Shown piece by piece: positions 24,101 through 39,100 of a stretch of DNA of 64,000 nucleotides. The stretch's first letter is position 1; every line of letters starts with the position of its first letter. The notes beneath the pieces were generated by a model, which did not search any database, was not told where the DNA came from, and saw only the letters and a list, made by a program, of their open reading frames with translations. The position numbers and the translations under genes were made by a program. This DNA comes from Amoebophrya sp. A120. Taxonomy: Eukaryota; Protista; Dinoflagellata. Location: the NCBI GenBank assembly GCA_905178155.1, contig CAJINV010000006.1, forward strand, positions 688,398 to 752,397. The letters are read 5' to 3'.

Positions 24101-27100
24101 ACCCGAAGGCGCAGTGGAACTGGGACTACAGAGACACCTACATATCCCCAACAGAGCTGATATCAAGTGCACTTCTGTCTGGGTCTGGAAATTTGTGATG
24201 CTAAAATGTGCATGATGAAAACACGTCCTCATGCAGGAAAGCACAACAAGTCTGGTGCACAAGAACGCTTTATCATGCGAACTCCGCATGACGAGAAGGG
24301 AAGCTGCATTTTTCAATGACGTGACAGACTTCTGCCACTTTTGTTCGTCATGCAATACAGTTTTCACAGGAATGCAAGACCAGCATTACAAATTCCAACT
24401 TTCCAGACCCAGACATTTTTGCGCTCCATAGCTGAACCGGTGTGAGCAGGAGGTTTTCGTCAAAGCGCTGGAAGCTTACTCCGGCACCGGTTACGGCTAT
24501 CGAATGCAAATATCGATCTGGGTCTGGAAGAATGCGCGACTTGTCATGCGGCTTTTCCATGACCCATGAGGTCCGGAATGCAGAACCTAGCATGACAGGT
24601 TCTGTGCGATCTCTCTCATGCCTATCCTGCATGAGAAACTCCCTCCCGACTTGGTCAAAACTGGACGACTTTTGGTAATCATGCAACACAGATTTTTGCA
24701 TGCTTCAGACTTAGCATGACAAGGCGCCATCTTCCAGACCCAGACATTTTTACATTTCATAACGGCGGTCCTGAACTGAACGTGCGCGAGATCCCGGATG
24801 CCGTGTATCGCAAGAAAAAACTGTTTCACTGTGAACTTGTGATGCAGAAAATGGAACACAGAACTCTTTGTCTTGCTACACCTGCATAGAGCATTGGAGT
24901 TTCAACCGTGTTTTCCCCTATGGGAAATGCGCGCACTACAAATTTTCAGTGTCATGTGTAGCAAACTTGTGACGCAGCTCCTGCAAAGTCATCACAGTGA
25001 AACAGTTTTTTCTTACGATGCCGCGCTTGGCGAGATCAATACTGAAGCAGAGGCGGAGAACTTCCGCGCTTTGGTACACGAGGCAGGGAGCAGAACTTCC
25101 GCGTGTGGCAGTACTAGATGGACCACGGCGGTGCCCAGCACCACGACCACCACCTCGACCACCACCTCGACCACCACCTCTACGGCCAATCTGGTTACTT
25201 GGACTGTCAATACCGTGAGCTGCAACACCCACGTGGTCTGCCCGATTCACTGCGAAATGGAGGAGTGGACACTTTGGTCGGCGTGCAGCACCAGCTGCAA
25301 CGCAGACAAACAAGTCTACCCCGGCAGCCCCGTCCCCACCCGAACGCGCACACGCGGAGTGAAAACTCCGCCGGAACACAACGGCGCGACCCCCTGTCCC
25401 CCAGATTGGAGCCAAACCGAGGAGTGCAACGCGGCCGTGTTTTGCCCGGTGGAATGCGTGGTTGACGACTGGACGGATTGGTCGACTTGTGCCGTGTCTT
25501 GCGGCGGAACAGACTCGACCATCCACGAACGAACCAGACAGGTGACGCAAACCAATTTGCACGGCGCGCCCATATGTCCGGGAGTCACCGAGCAGAAGAA
25601 GTGCGGACAGGACCCGTGCCCGGTCCACTGCGAAATGACTGAGTGGACCGACTGGGGCCCGTGTTCCAAATCTTGCTACGATCCTGATTTTCCTTTGAAG
25701 GGCAAACGAGGGCGAACCAGAAGCGTGGTTACTCAGCCGGCCAACGTATCAAATGCAAAAATGTCTGGGTCTGGAAGATTCCGAGACTTCTGATGCAGTT
25801 TCTCTAAGCTCCACTAAGTGTGGAATGCAGGACCTAGCATCAGAGGATCTGCAGCCCCTCTGTGATGCCTGTTCTGCATGAGAAATGCCCCCTCAGCATG
25901 GCCAGAAATGGCCACCTTTTGCAAGTCACGCAACACAGATTTTTGTTTGATGCGGAACATGCATCACAAGTTCCAAGCTTCCAGACCCAGACATTTTTGC
26001 AATTCATACAACGGGGGAGATGACTGCCCGATCATCCAGTCACAGTTATGCGTTGCAAATATGTCTGGGTCTGGAAGTTTGGAACTTGTATTGCTAGCTC
26101 TGCATTCCTGGGAAACCTGTATTGCATAAAAACCAACAACAGGAGGCGCGGCCTCTTTTGTCATGCAATGCACGCAGCTTCTCATGCGGGTTGCCTATGA
26201 GAAAGCGTTCTGGGAAGTTGTCATGCTGGCCTGCGTTCGGAAGTGTTTCACCATCATTCACAGTTTAGCATCACAAGTTCTTTCCAGACCCAGACCACAT
26301 ATTTGCATCCTATAGCAGACAGAGGTCTGTGGCGAGGTGGAGTGCCCGATCCATTGCGAAGTGTCCGCCTGTGTCGAGTGCAAATATGTCTGGGTCTGGA
26401 AGAGTCCGAACTTGTGATGCTGCAATTGGATTCCAAAAAAATCTGTATTGCATAAGCAGCAAAGGGAATGCAATTTTGGCTACGCGGAGAGGGCATTTGT
26501 CATGTGGAATAGGCATCGCGAAGCCCTCACAAAGTCTGCGATGCTAGGGCATGCATCACAGACATCATGCCCCATGCAAGACGTGCATGACAAGTCTCAG
26601 AATCTTCCTGACCCAGACACTTTTGCATTCGATAGCCTGGAGCGAGTGGTCCGCTTGCTCGGCGGGCTGTAGGCGCGATCCGCAGCACGATCCGCTCTAT
26701 GATCCTTCGGCGCCGCTGCCGATCCTGTTCCGAACCAGAACTGTCACCAAGCCGCCGGAATTTGGGGGAGCCGGCTGTGGTGATCTGCGGCAAGAGGAGC
26801 CGTGCAACCGGGATACGTTTTGTCCGATCGACTGCGAACTGTCCGAGTGGGGCGCCTTTGGGGACTGCACCGAAACCTGCCGGACGGACGAGACCGACTT
26901 GTCCAACACGCAACGGCGGACGAGAACGAAGCTGGTGGAAAAACGACACGGCGGCAACAGTTGTCCCGACAACGGAACTTTGGAAGAGATCCGGCAGTGT
27001 GCGGACCCGGACAACAACGCCCTCTGTCCCATCGACTGCTTGATGGGCGACTGGTCGGTGTGGGGCTCGTGCCCGGGGCCGTGTCTGCCGCACGAACAGG

Positions 27101-30100
27101 ACAAAAGCGTGTTGCCAACGGTTACATATGATCCGAAATACCTAACCGAAGCCGATATTACAATGAAAAATCTCCCCTTCCCATACTCAAACGGAAATTT
27201 GTGTAGCATGATTTGTGATCACAAACCACGTTGTCATGCTAGAATGGAAGAGATGCGGTCTGTAGTGCTGGTTGGCGTGGGTCAACCTTGCGTCTTCAGC
27301 ATAACAGGAAGCAACTGGAAGCGGGAAACAGCATGACAGATTGCCTGCATACGAGGCCGCGTCTGCGTCTCTTGGCCTTCTTGCAATACAACTAGATTTG
27401 TGTACTCAAATCCAGCATCACAAATTTCCTTTTCGATATGGGGAGGGGAGCTTTTTCCTCACAATAGCCGACTTCTCATCTTTCGCCGACTTCTCCCTCT
27501 GGCGGAAGCAAAAAAGAAGCCGGGAAATAGCGGTGAATTACCGCGCGCCCGGGAAGACATGCGCTGATGTTTACGGGGTCGTGGAAATCTTCGATGTGCT
27601 CAACGCCCGACACGACGAAGCGCCAGCGGGCTATGGGGGTGTCAGGATTGAAATCGTCAAAGTTGAAATAGTTTGTGATGCATAAAATGCAACCCACAAA
27701 GCGCCTGTCTTGCAGAGTAGGCAAGTGAGGCAGATTGTAAGCCTTTTGAGGGGTAGAAACTGAGCTGCTGAAGTAGCAAAACAAAAGGCGCCTTCCTTAC
27801 CCAAACAGCATGACAAACTGGATTTAGGTTCTTCCTAAATTTGTCATGCGCCACATGAAAACTGGCCGCCAACTGGTAACCGTTTTATGGATCACAAATT
27901 ATAATTTGAACTTTGACGAATTTCGATCCTGACACTCCCATACGGGCGATAAAAAAGTGAAGTTCGTCGATCACGACAGTAACGGGTCCGGGGACTTAGA
28001 CGAGGCAGAAATCAAGACATTCGTGTACGATAGTGATTTAGTCACGAGTAAATTCCTGCAGTGGTTTGACCGAGACAAAAACGGCAAGGTCTCGCTCGCT
28101 GAGTGGAAGCAGAAATTCTTCGGAAACGCGTATTTGGATGAAAGTATACTGCGGCAACTAAACGCGTTGCGAACGCTCGATCCTACCCCCCACCACTTCC
28201 AGTTCACCGACTACAAGTACTGCGAGCCCACGGCGTGCAAAATTCACTGCGAGGTCTCGCAGTGGTCGGAATGGTCGGCTTGTCCGAAAACCTGCGACGA
28301 GTTCCAGCAGACCAGGACGCGCGAAATTGTAACCAGCCCACACTTCGGCGGCGACAACTGTCCCGGATCGTTGAGTGAGACCAAAGTCTGCAACGAAAAC
28401 AACCCCTGCCCCGTGGATTGCGTTCTGGGCCCCTGGGTAGACGACACGGAGTGCAGCGCGAGCTGCGGCGACGGCGCGACCAAAACCCGGAAACGCGCGC
28501 TGTTTATCAACTGTAAAAATGTCTGGGTCTGGAAGATTCTGACACTTGTCATGCACTTTTTGCATGAGCCCTGATGTCTGTGATGCATGCCCTAGCATCA
28601 CAGATTTTTTGAGAGCTTCTTGATGCCTATTTCGCATGACAAATGCCCTCTCCGCGTAGCAAAAATTACATTTCTTTTGGTACTCATGCAATACAGATTT
28701 TTCTGGACTCCAAATGCAGCATCACAAGTTGCATTCTTCCAGACCCAGACATTTTTACACTTGATACTGTTGGAGGATGCGCAAAACGGGGGCAGTTGTG
28801 GCGACGTGATTGACACGAACTACCAGCTATGCGTTGCAAATATCGATCTCGCTCCTCTGGACCACTGCAACTTGTTATGCTAAGTCTGGAGCGTGCAAAA
28901 ATCTGTGTTGCATGATTGCCCATAGTAGTTGTCCACTTTTGACCTCCAAGTCGAGTGATAGTTTCTGAGGCAGTTTCTCATGCGCTATAGGCATGATATA
29001 GATCTTCATCTCACGGAATTTGTCATGCTAAGTCCTGCATTCCAGATCCAGCCTTCATGGGAGGTCATGGAAAATCTGCATGACAAACCTTGCGCTCTTC
29101 CAGACTACTCAGATCGGTGTTTGCAATGCATACCATTGCGATTTGGCCCCCTGCCCGATCGACTGCGTTTTGTCTCAGTGGGTAGCGGAAGACGTCTCCC
29201 AGTGCTCGCTTACTTGTATGCACTGCAAATATAATGTCTGGGTCTGGAAGAGTGCGACATTGATTTGTCATGCTAGTCTGGCATGACAGTAACCTCTGTA
29301 TTGCGTCGCCACGAAGAGCTCCCCTTTTGTGTCATGCAAAGTGGCCGCTTCTCATGCGGAATACGCAACACAGAGCCACGGAAAAATCTGTCATGCTTGT
29401 CGGTGCATTACGGTGTGCTTACTTTTCACTGACGTGCATCACAAGTTTCCAGACCCAGACGTATTTGCAATGCATAACTTGCGGCACAGGGCAATTGAAG
29501 CGAACGCGGAAAATCGATACACCGCCCGATCATGGGGGGAAGGCCTGTGTGGAACCGGAGGGGGCGGTTCTGGTGCTAGAGGATACCATTCCCTGCAACA
29601 CACAACTCTGCCCGGTTGACTGCGTGCTGACGCCGTGGCGGCCGGAAGACACGGCCTTGTCCGTGGATGAGCAGTGCTCAAAGTCCTGTGGCGGTGGCAC
29701 GTACAAAGAGGTGCGGGGGGTGAAAACCGCTGTGGCAAATGGAGGGAAAGCCTGCGACGCCGAGGGGCTGCAGAGTGACGGCACGTATTTGAGGCAGACG
29801 AGTACGTGCAACACGCAGGCCTGCCCTGTGGATTGCGCGTTCAGCGATTGGATGGAGGATGGAATTTGTTCGATCAGTTGTAGCACCGACGCCTTTCCCG
29901 AGGGCGCGCAGCAGTGGAAACGGACCCGACTCAACGAGGCGATGCACGGGGGAAAGGCCTGCACACTACCGGTTTTCGGCGGGAACGTCACGGAGAAGAC
30001 CGAATCTTGTTTCAAAGACCCCTGTCCGATCGACTGCGTAATTTCTCCCTGGTCGGGCGACGTATCCTCTTGCACCAAGACCTGTGGCGGTGGACAGTAC

Positions 30101-33100
30101 ACCCGAACTAGGTCGACCCCAACCTCCTCCGCCCACGGTGGGAAGACGTGCGTAGAGGTCGACACCGAGCAATCGTCTGATAATCAGCCAATTTTAGATC
30201 CGGATGATTCTACGAAGATCGCGTTAACGCAGACGCTTTCGTGCAATGCAGACCCGTGTCCGGTGGACTGCGTTTTGTCTCCGTGGGTCGGGGATCCGGA
30301 CACTTGCACTGTGACCTGCGGTGGCGGAACGTACAAGCAGACGAGAACGTCGACTGGGCCGGAGCATGGGGGGAAGACTTGCGACGACCAGACTGTGGAT
30401 CCGAGTAACTTGCAGGGGGTTCTGGAACAGTTTCTGTCCTGCAAGACGTCTCCCTGCCCGATTCACTGCGAGCTGGAAGAATGGGTTTCCGACATCGACA
30501 CCTGCGCCGCTAGCTGTACTGATTCCACGAAGAACATCGCGGACGATGACATTTCCCAAGGCCCAACCTTGCAGCGGACGCGGGGGATCAAAGTGCACCC
30601 AGACCACGGGGGCGCCGCGTGTGGGGATCTGGAAGAAACGGTCCCGTGCAACCGCGACGTTTTCTGCCCCATCGACTGCGTTGTGTCCCCCTGGTCCTGG
30701 GAGCAGCCCGCGCAGGTGAAAAAGTGCGACTTTGAACATGGCGTCGACTACTACGGGGGAGACATTTACGACCCTCCGCAGACGCCGACGGAGACGGGCG
30801 AGCAGTGTCGAGTTCGGTGCGAGAACATGCCGGAATGCACCGCCTTTTCCTGGGTTTACGGGGTGACTGAGCACACGACAGGGGACAAAAACTGCGCCGT
30901 CAAGATATAACCTGCTCAGGTGTTACAATCTCGAACGTTACAATAGAATCTGGAATTTGTGTTGCAAGAAGTGCATGATCTACCCAAGTCTCATAGGATT
31001 GCGCATGACAAGTTCTGGAGTCCCAATCCGCACTACAATCTGGCGAAATTTGTATTGCAGAAAGTGGAATGCTGTCCGAGTCTGTCATGCTCATCACGCA
31101 ATACAAAACCCACACGCTATTGTAACGTTTGAGATTGTAACGTTTGAGCAAGTTATACAAGCGACTGGCGGACACGACGGTCAGAACCGCGACGGGTTGC
31201 TGCGACGGCGGCAAGTGCTCCACGATCGAAGAAGGAGAATGTAGTCACACCTGCGGACCCGACGGGGTGATGACGAAAAAACGAATTGCCACGACGCCAG
31301 CGAATTTCGACGGCGAGGAGTGCGGGGACCTGGAACTCCAGGTTCCCTGCAACACCGAAATTGACTGCCCGGTGGACTTATCAACTGCAAAAATGTCTGG
31401 GTCTGGAAACCTGTGATGCAAGGAAAGGAATAGTGAGCACACTGTGGTGCGCTCCCCAGCATGACAAGTTTTTCGGTGCCTCTGAGTTACGTACTCCGCA
31501 TGAGAATCCACGTTTTTGCATGACAGACCAGAGGACCTTGTCGCGGGCACGCAATACAGAGTTTAGAGTCATGCCAAACTAGCATGACAAGTCTCAGAGT
31601 CTTCCAGACCCAGACATTTTTGCACTTGATAAGACTGCGTGGTTTCCGAGTGGATTGATGACGACCCCGTGGGCAACTGCTCGCACACTTGCGGCGGGGG
31701 CAAGTACACGAAAAAAAGAAACATCAAGGTCTATCAAAGTGGAAAATCCCCCCTCCCCATATTGAAACGGAAATCTGTGACGCGGGATTTGTGTACACAA
31801 ATCACGTCTGTCTTGCAGCGGGGCACTGCAGGCAGACCCTAAGCCTGTGCAGGGGTGTTTTGGTGTAGGTGCTTAGCATAGCAGAGGCCTGCCATGTTGG
31901 TGAAACAGCATCACAAACCGCCTCCATAAGGCGGCGGGTTCTTTGGATTTGCCGTCTTGCAAGAGAGACAGGATTTGTGGTCACAAATCAGCATCACAAA
32001 TTTTTAGGAACGTACCTTTTCAGTATGCGGAGGGGGGATTTTTCATCGCAATAAGGTCCCTCGGGTCGGCGACGGAGCGGCCTGCTTGCCGCTCGAAGTG
32101 GTGGACGACTGCCAAACCCAGCCTTGCCCCGTCGACTGCGTAGTCGGGGACTGGTACGAAACGTCGGAATGCACGCACACCTGCGGCGACCTGGGGACCC
32201 GCACAGAACAAAGAGACGTTACGCAGCCCCTGTATGGGAGCGAGTGTCAGGATTGAAATCGCCATGACAAATTTTGGCACTGTCTAAATCCAGTTTGTCA
32301 TGCTGTTTAGGGACAGAAGGCGCCTTTTGTCATGCTGCTTTAGCAGTTCTATCGTAGACCCCAAACAGGCTCACAGTCGGCCTCACTTGCCATCCCTGCA
32401 AGAGAGACACTTCACGCCTTGCAATTTATGCATGAGAATTCAATCCTGACGCTTCCATACCCTGCACGGGGGCCTGGCCTGTCCCACGGAAGTGACCAGG
32501 ACGCTGTCCTGCAACCGGGAGAAGGCCTGTCCGGTGGATTGCGTGTATGAGAGTGGTCCACAACTCCGCCGTCCCTCATTCGCATGGCCTCTACAGCAAT
32601 ACAACTCCCAGTACGAATGGAGCTTGCGCATGACAAATTTACGTGCCCCGGGTAGTACTGTTTTTGCTTCCGAGATTTGTCATGCAAACAATGCCGCAAG
32701 GCAGCAGCTGGAGTTTGGATTTAGCATGACAAATGAGGGGGACGAGCGGGGGTTGTGCACTCTTATAGCACGCTGGGTAACTGGAAACCGGATCCGAACG
32801 GATGTTCTAAGACCTGTGGCGACGAAGGTTTGCTGATCAAAACGCGGGAAATTCTTGTCGACCCCGACCACGGCGGAAAGGAGTGCGGGGACCTGACGAC
32901 GACGGAGCCCTGCAATCGGCTGGCGTGCCCGATCCACTGTGTTTTGAAGGAGTGGGAGGCCTGGGAAGCGTGCTCGCATACCTGCACGCCCCGCGACCAC
33001 GGGGAACCGATTCAGGATTTCTACGGCACGCGAAGCCGGACGAGAGGGATCGAAACCCACCCTGCGAACGGTGGGACGAAGTGTGAGCAGATTGGGTCGC

Positions 33101-36100
33101 AAACCGAGACGGGCTTCTGCGGAAAAGACCTCTGTCCCATCCCGGCGGTGGACTGTGTGTTGTCGGATTGGAATATGCATCGCAAAAGTATCGTACTAGT
33201 ATAAATCGCATTACAAATTTGCTTAGCATGAGAAATGGAATTTGTCATGCAGTTTTACCTTGAGAAGAAGAGTTGTCATGCATATCTGCAATTAGTACGA
33301 GAACGAGTACGATACTTTTGCGCTGCATATGGAAGCGGGATGAGGGTACGTGCGCCCGGGACTGCAAAGACAGTGACGACGAAAAAGTGTTCGAACGGTG
33401 GTATCGGTCTATCGATCAAGAGCCGTCGGTCACCGGCGTGCAGTGCGACCCGAATCAGGAAGAACAGCGCCGCTGCGACGCCGCCCTACCGCGGTGCAAG
33501 ATCCACTGCGTGACGTCCGCGTGGACTGCGTTTGGAGAGTGTAGTGAATCTTGCGGCGGCGGGCAGAAAACGCGAACGAGGGAAGTGACCACCCCCGCGG
33601 AGTTCGGGGGCACCCCCTGTCCACCGGACGAAGATCTGACCGAATCGGAAATTATCAATTGCAATATATAATGTCTGGGTCTCGGAACTTGTAATGCAAG
33701 TCTGCGATTGATGGGCGCACTTGAATGGGCAGCCACGCATGACAAATTTTTGACGTCCCGCTATGTGCTGCGTATTCCGCATGGCAAATGGCGTTTCACA
33801 ATCACATGACAGGAAAGGGGGATCCTGTTCCTCGTGCGTATGCATCATAGACCTCAGAGTCATGCCAGAGAAGCATGACAAATCCATTGCATTCTTCCAG
33901 ACTCAGATCGGTATTTGCAATGCATAGAAATCTGCAAGACGCAAGCGTGCCCGGTGGACTGCGAGCTTTATGGATTGCAGAAGTGTCTGGGTCTGGAAGA
34001 TTCTAAACTTGTAATGCTGTCGCTGGATTCTAAAAAAGTTTGTACTGCATGACCAGCAAGAGGACTCCAGTTTGTGCTACACGGGGAGGGCATTTCTCAT
34101 GCGGTAGAGGCATCGCAAAGGCCTCTAAAAATCTGTGATGCTAGGTCATGCATCATAGACATCGTTGGCCATTCAAAATATGCATGACAAACTTGGCAAT
34201 CTTCCAGACCCAGACATTTTTGCATTTGATAAGCTTTCGGCGTTTACGAAAGAGGGCGACTGCAGCCTGACTTGCGGGATAGGCGTGCAGAAGTGGACCC
34301 GAGTTGTAACGAAGTCTTCGGCCCATATGGAAGCGTCAGGTTGGAAATTGACAAAGTCGAAAAATTTGTGATGCATAAAATCGATACCAGTTGGAGCCTC
34401 AGTTTGTAAGTGGCGCATGACAAATTTCGGGAGCACGACCCAAATCCAGTCTGTCATGCTGTTTGGGCAAAGAAGACTGCTCCTGTCATGCTACTCCGGC
34501 AGCACATTCTTGCATACCCCCAAACACGCTCACAATCGGTCTAATTTGCTCGCTCCCCTCCAATACAGGCCTCCAGTGCCCTACATTTTATGCATCACAA
34601 ATTTTATTTCGATTTTGTCAATGTCGATTCTGACACTTCCATAGCCCACGGGGGTTTAACTTGCGCAGACGTGGATCCGGAGAACCTGGATGGGGTTTTA
34701 GAAAAAAACACTGACTGCAACACAAAACCCTGTCCAATCGATTGCGAGTTCTCTGCCTGGGAAGATGAAGGAACATGTAGCGAATCCTGCGGGTTGAGTG
34801 GGTCGCAAGTGCAGAAACGATCGGTGCTGAAACCGATGGAGCACGCTGGGAAAAGTTGTGAGGCGTTAGCAACGGAGCAAGACAATTTCTTCCTTGGAAA
34901 GAGTGGCGGCGAGCTGTTGACCCGGGTGTTGACCCCTTGTCCCAACGCTAACGACACGAAACCCTGCCCAATCGACTGTGTTTTGTCGCAGTGGGTGGAT
35001 GGGGACTGTTCGGAGACTATCCTAAGAAAAAACGTCCCCACCCCAGAGTTGTCATGCAGATTTGCGATTACAGGAACATTTGTAATGCGCATCACCAAGA
35101 AGGAATGCATTTCCAGTTGTGTTTTGGCATTTGTAATGCTGCAAACAGGATAAGCAGATGGATTTGTGATGCAGTTGTCCTTGCTAACGTGCGCGACTCT
35201 ACGGACTGCAACTTGTCATGCGTGGTTCCCAAAACTTCTGGATTTGTGTTGCTAAGTCCCCAGCTTGACTATGGGATGGGGAGGTTTTTGCATAGGATAG
35301 AAACTTGTGGCGGAGGGACGTATATCCGAACGCGGACGATCGAGCAAAATATGGAACACGAGGGGAAGCCCTGCGAGGCCCGGAAAGAGCAGAAGGAGTG
35401 CAACACGCAAGCCTGTCCGATCGACTGCGTGCTGTCGGACTGGGCGGTGTTTGTTGAGCCCGCGACAACCTGTCCCTGCAAGTTCCGAAAGCTACCTCCC
35501 CCTGCGGTCATCCCCCCTCCGCCGGATGCCTACGAGATTACCCTGCAGAAAAGCGACTTAGAAACCCGACTCCCGACAGCTTTGCCGAGTTATCAACAGG
35601 TCGGCGGCCAGTACAACGGTGACTCCATCGAGCTGTCGGAGTTCCGCATGGCCCAGTTTTACGGGATAGACGAAACAGACGACGCACAGATGGCTTTTGC
35701 AGAAAAGTTGTTCATGTGCATTGACGCGGACAAAGGTGGGTATATTGAAGAACAGGAGTACAATGACTTTGTCACCGACCACACCTCCATCTGCGATTTA
35801 CTCCCCGGCACACCCGCGATCTGCGACAAGAAGTGCTATCAAATGCAAGTATGGCTAAGTCTGGAAGAGTGCACTTGTTTGGCATGCACGTTTTGCATGA
35901 CCCAGGATGTCTGTGATGCATGCCCTAGCGTCACAAGATGTTTTGAGGGGTTCCTCATCCCTAATGCGCATGCCCTCGTCTCCGCGTAGCAAAAACAGGA
36001 CTTCATTTGCTGCTCATGCAATGCAGCTTTTCTTTCGAATCGAAACGCAGCATCACAAGTTGTATCCTTCCAGACCCAGACATATTTGCAATGCATACGT

Positions 36101-39100
36101 GCGGCGGGGGAAAGATAAAACACGTTCGGACGATCACGACACAACCGGAACACGGTGGGGTGGCATGCAAGGACCTGCCGGGGAATCTAAAAGGCGATTT
36201 ACTCGAGTTCTTTTTCGACTGCAATGAGCAGGATTGTTATGCAAGAAAAAAACTGTGTAAGTGTAAATCTGTGATGCAGAAAATGCAAAACAGTTACACT
36301 TGTTATGCCGGATATGCATCAGAGGCTATTTTAATACGTGTTTTCGCGTAGTAGCTACGCGTACGCATGACGGGTTTTCTGTCATGCAAAACAAATCTGT
36401 GATGCTGTTCCTGCAAAAAAGTTACACTTACACAGTTTTTTTCTTGGATAATTGTCCGGTCCATTGTGAGATGAACGAATGGGAAATCACCACGCCCTGC
36501 CCGGTAACCTGTATCGACAGCACGTTGACCCCGGATCAGCAAGCGATGATCACGAAAACTATGAAACGCACCGTGAAAGTGCCTCCGAACCAGTACGGGA
36601 ATGCCTGTCCGAGTGATGTGGAGAAGATTGTATCCTGTAGTACCAAACCAGTGGCCGAGGGCGGCGACGGGTTACCTTTCTGCGAGATCGACTGCGAAGT
36701 CTCCGATTGGACGTCGGGGGACAATCAATGTAGCCGGACCTGCGGCGGCGGGCAACTGAAATTCACGTATCCTGTGCAAAAGTATCGTACTCGTAGTTGT
36801 AATTGCATTTATGGAATACAAATCCCTTTCTCAAGGTAAATCCGCGATACAGATTATGTTTGTAATGCTGGGCCAATTTGTAATGCAATTTATACTATGT
36901 GTAGGTAGTGCGATGCTTTTGCATTGCATATCACGCGAGAAGTGACCAACGGGGGCGCGAAGCACGGCGGGGAGGAATGTCCCGAAGAGTCGGAAATGGA
37001 GAAGCTCGAACCCTGTAAGCCGGATCCCTGCCCGGTGGACTGCGTCTTATCTCAGTGGGCAAACGACGGACAATGCAGTAAAAGCTGCGGCGGCGGAACG
37101 CAGCGCCGGAAGCGGGATGTTTTGACAGCTGCGGATATCGTAAGGAAAAATCCCCCCTCCCCATATCGAAAACGTATCCGTCTGAAAATTTGTGATGCGC
37201 ATTTGTGACCTCAAATCCTGTCTGTCTTGCAAGAAGCCAAGTCCAGAAAGCGCTTCGCATTTTGCAGGCGGTTTGTGATGCTGTTGGGCTTAGAGCATAC
37301 ACGTTTGCCATGCTAGGCGCCCACGTCAAAACCTCTCGACCGAGGCTTGACATATGCCTGCAATCCTCTACTGCAAGACAAATCTGATTTGTGTACGGGA
37401 ATCCAGAATCAGAAACTTCGTTTCGATATGGGGAGGGGGGATTTTTCCTCTCAATAGCGGACCACGGGGGCAAGCAGTGCGACAAGAAGAGCGACGAAAT
37501 TCCCTGTAACGAGCAATCGTGTCCCATCGACTGCGTGCTGAAAGAGTGGGAAGACAGTACGTCCTGCTCCCACTCTTGCGGAGAATTAGGGGAGAAACAG
37601 CAAACCCGGGAAATTATCAAATGTAAAAATGTCTGGGTCTGGAAGAATGCAGCTTGTGATGCTGCATTTGGATTCCAAAAAAATATGTATTGCAGGAGCA
37701 GCAAAGGGAACGCATTTTTTGCTACGCGGAGAGGGCATTTGTCATGCCTTTTATGCATCAAGAAGCCCTCAAAAAATCTGTGATGCTAGGGCATGCATCA
37801 CAGACATCATGGCTCATGCAACACGTGCATGACAAGTCTAGAATCTTCCAGACCCAGACATTTTTACAGTTGATAGAAATCGAAATCAAAGCCGATCACG
37901 GCGGAAAAGCCTGTGGCGCCCTAACGCAGACCGTTCCCTGCAACCGGGGGATCAATTGCCCGATTGACTGTGTGCAAACCGCGTGGGAAAAGGCGCCGGG
38001 AGAAAGTTGTTCCGAAACCTGCGGCGACTCCGGGCTGCAAAAGTGGTCGCGCAACACGACTGTCGAGGCTGATTTCGGGGGCGCTGCGTGCAATGCCACC
38101 GTGGATTTCCGCCCCTGCAACCGGAAACCGTGTCCGATCGACTGCGTGCTTTCCCACTGGCAGAACGCGGGCAATTGTAGCGTGACGTGCGGTATGGATT
38201 GCAAAAATGTCTGGGTCTGGAAGGTTGGTGGAACTTGTCATGGTAAATCTGAATCATGCAAAAATCTGTGTTGCATGAGTGCCAAAAGCTGTACCCTTTT
38301 GACCAAGTTGGAGGGGAGTTTCTCATGCAGGATAGGCATGGCAGAGACCTCGCAGAGTCTGTCATGCTAAGTGCCGCACTCTAGACCTCATGGGTCATGG
38401 AAAATCTGCATGACAAGTCTACACTTTTCCAGACCCAGACATTTTTACATTTGATATGCGGGGGCGGACAACGAAAATTGGTGCGGAATGAGACCGTCAG
38501 TCCGGCGAACGGGGGTAAGGCGTGTGACAAGAAGGAAGATTTTGTCCCCTGCAACGACTTCGAGTGCGCGCGGGACTGTAAGACGTCCAACTGGACCATC
38601 AAAAAAGATGCGTCTGGAAACGAGGTCTCTTGCTCCCAGTCCTGCAAAGCGGAAAACGGTCCCGTAGGGCAAATCGAGTACGTGCGGACCATTCTCGAAA
38701 GCGGGAACGATTCCGGCGAGAAGTGCGGAGACTTGAGCCAGTTCCGCGCCTGTAACCAGGATCCCTGCCCAATCGACTGCACTTTGTCGGATTGGGCTTT
38801 GGCGGAGGGTGCCACATGCACCCACACCTGCGGTCCGGATGGGTTGGAGGAGTGGGTGCGGAGCGTCACACGCTCGGGCAGCCACAACGGGGATGACTCG
38901 TGCAAGGATCAACCCATGTCCGAGATGCGGTCCTGCAAGACGGATGTGAATTGTCCGGTAGACTGCGTGTTGGACGACTGGGTGGTGGATCCCACGGTAA
39001 ATTGCACTGCAACCTGCGGCGGCGGCGTGCGAAAGCGGACCCGGGCCGTCAAGGTGCCTGCTGACCACGGGGGGAAGGCATGCGGGGAGACCGTCGATGA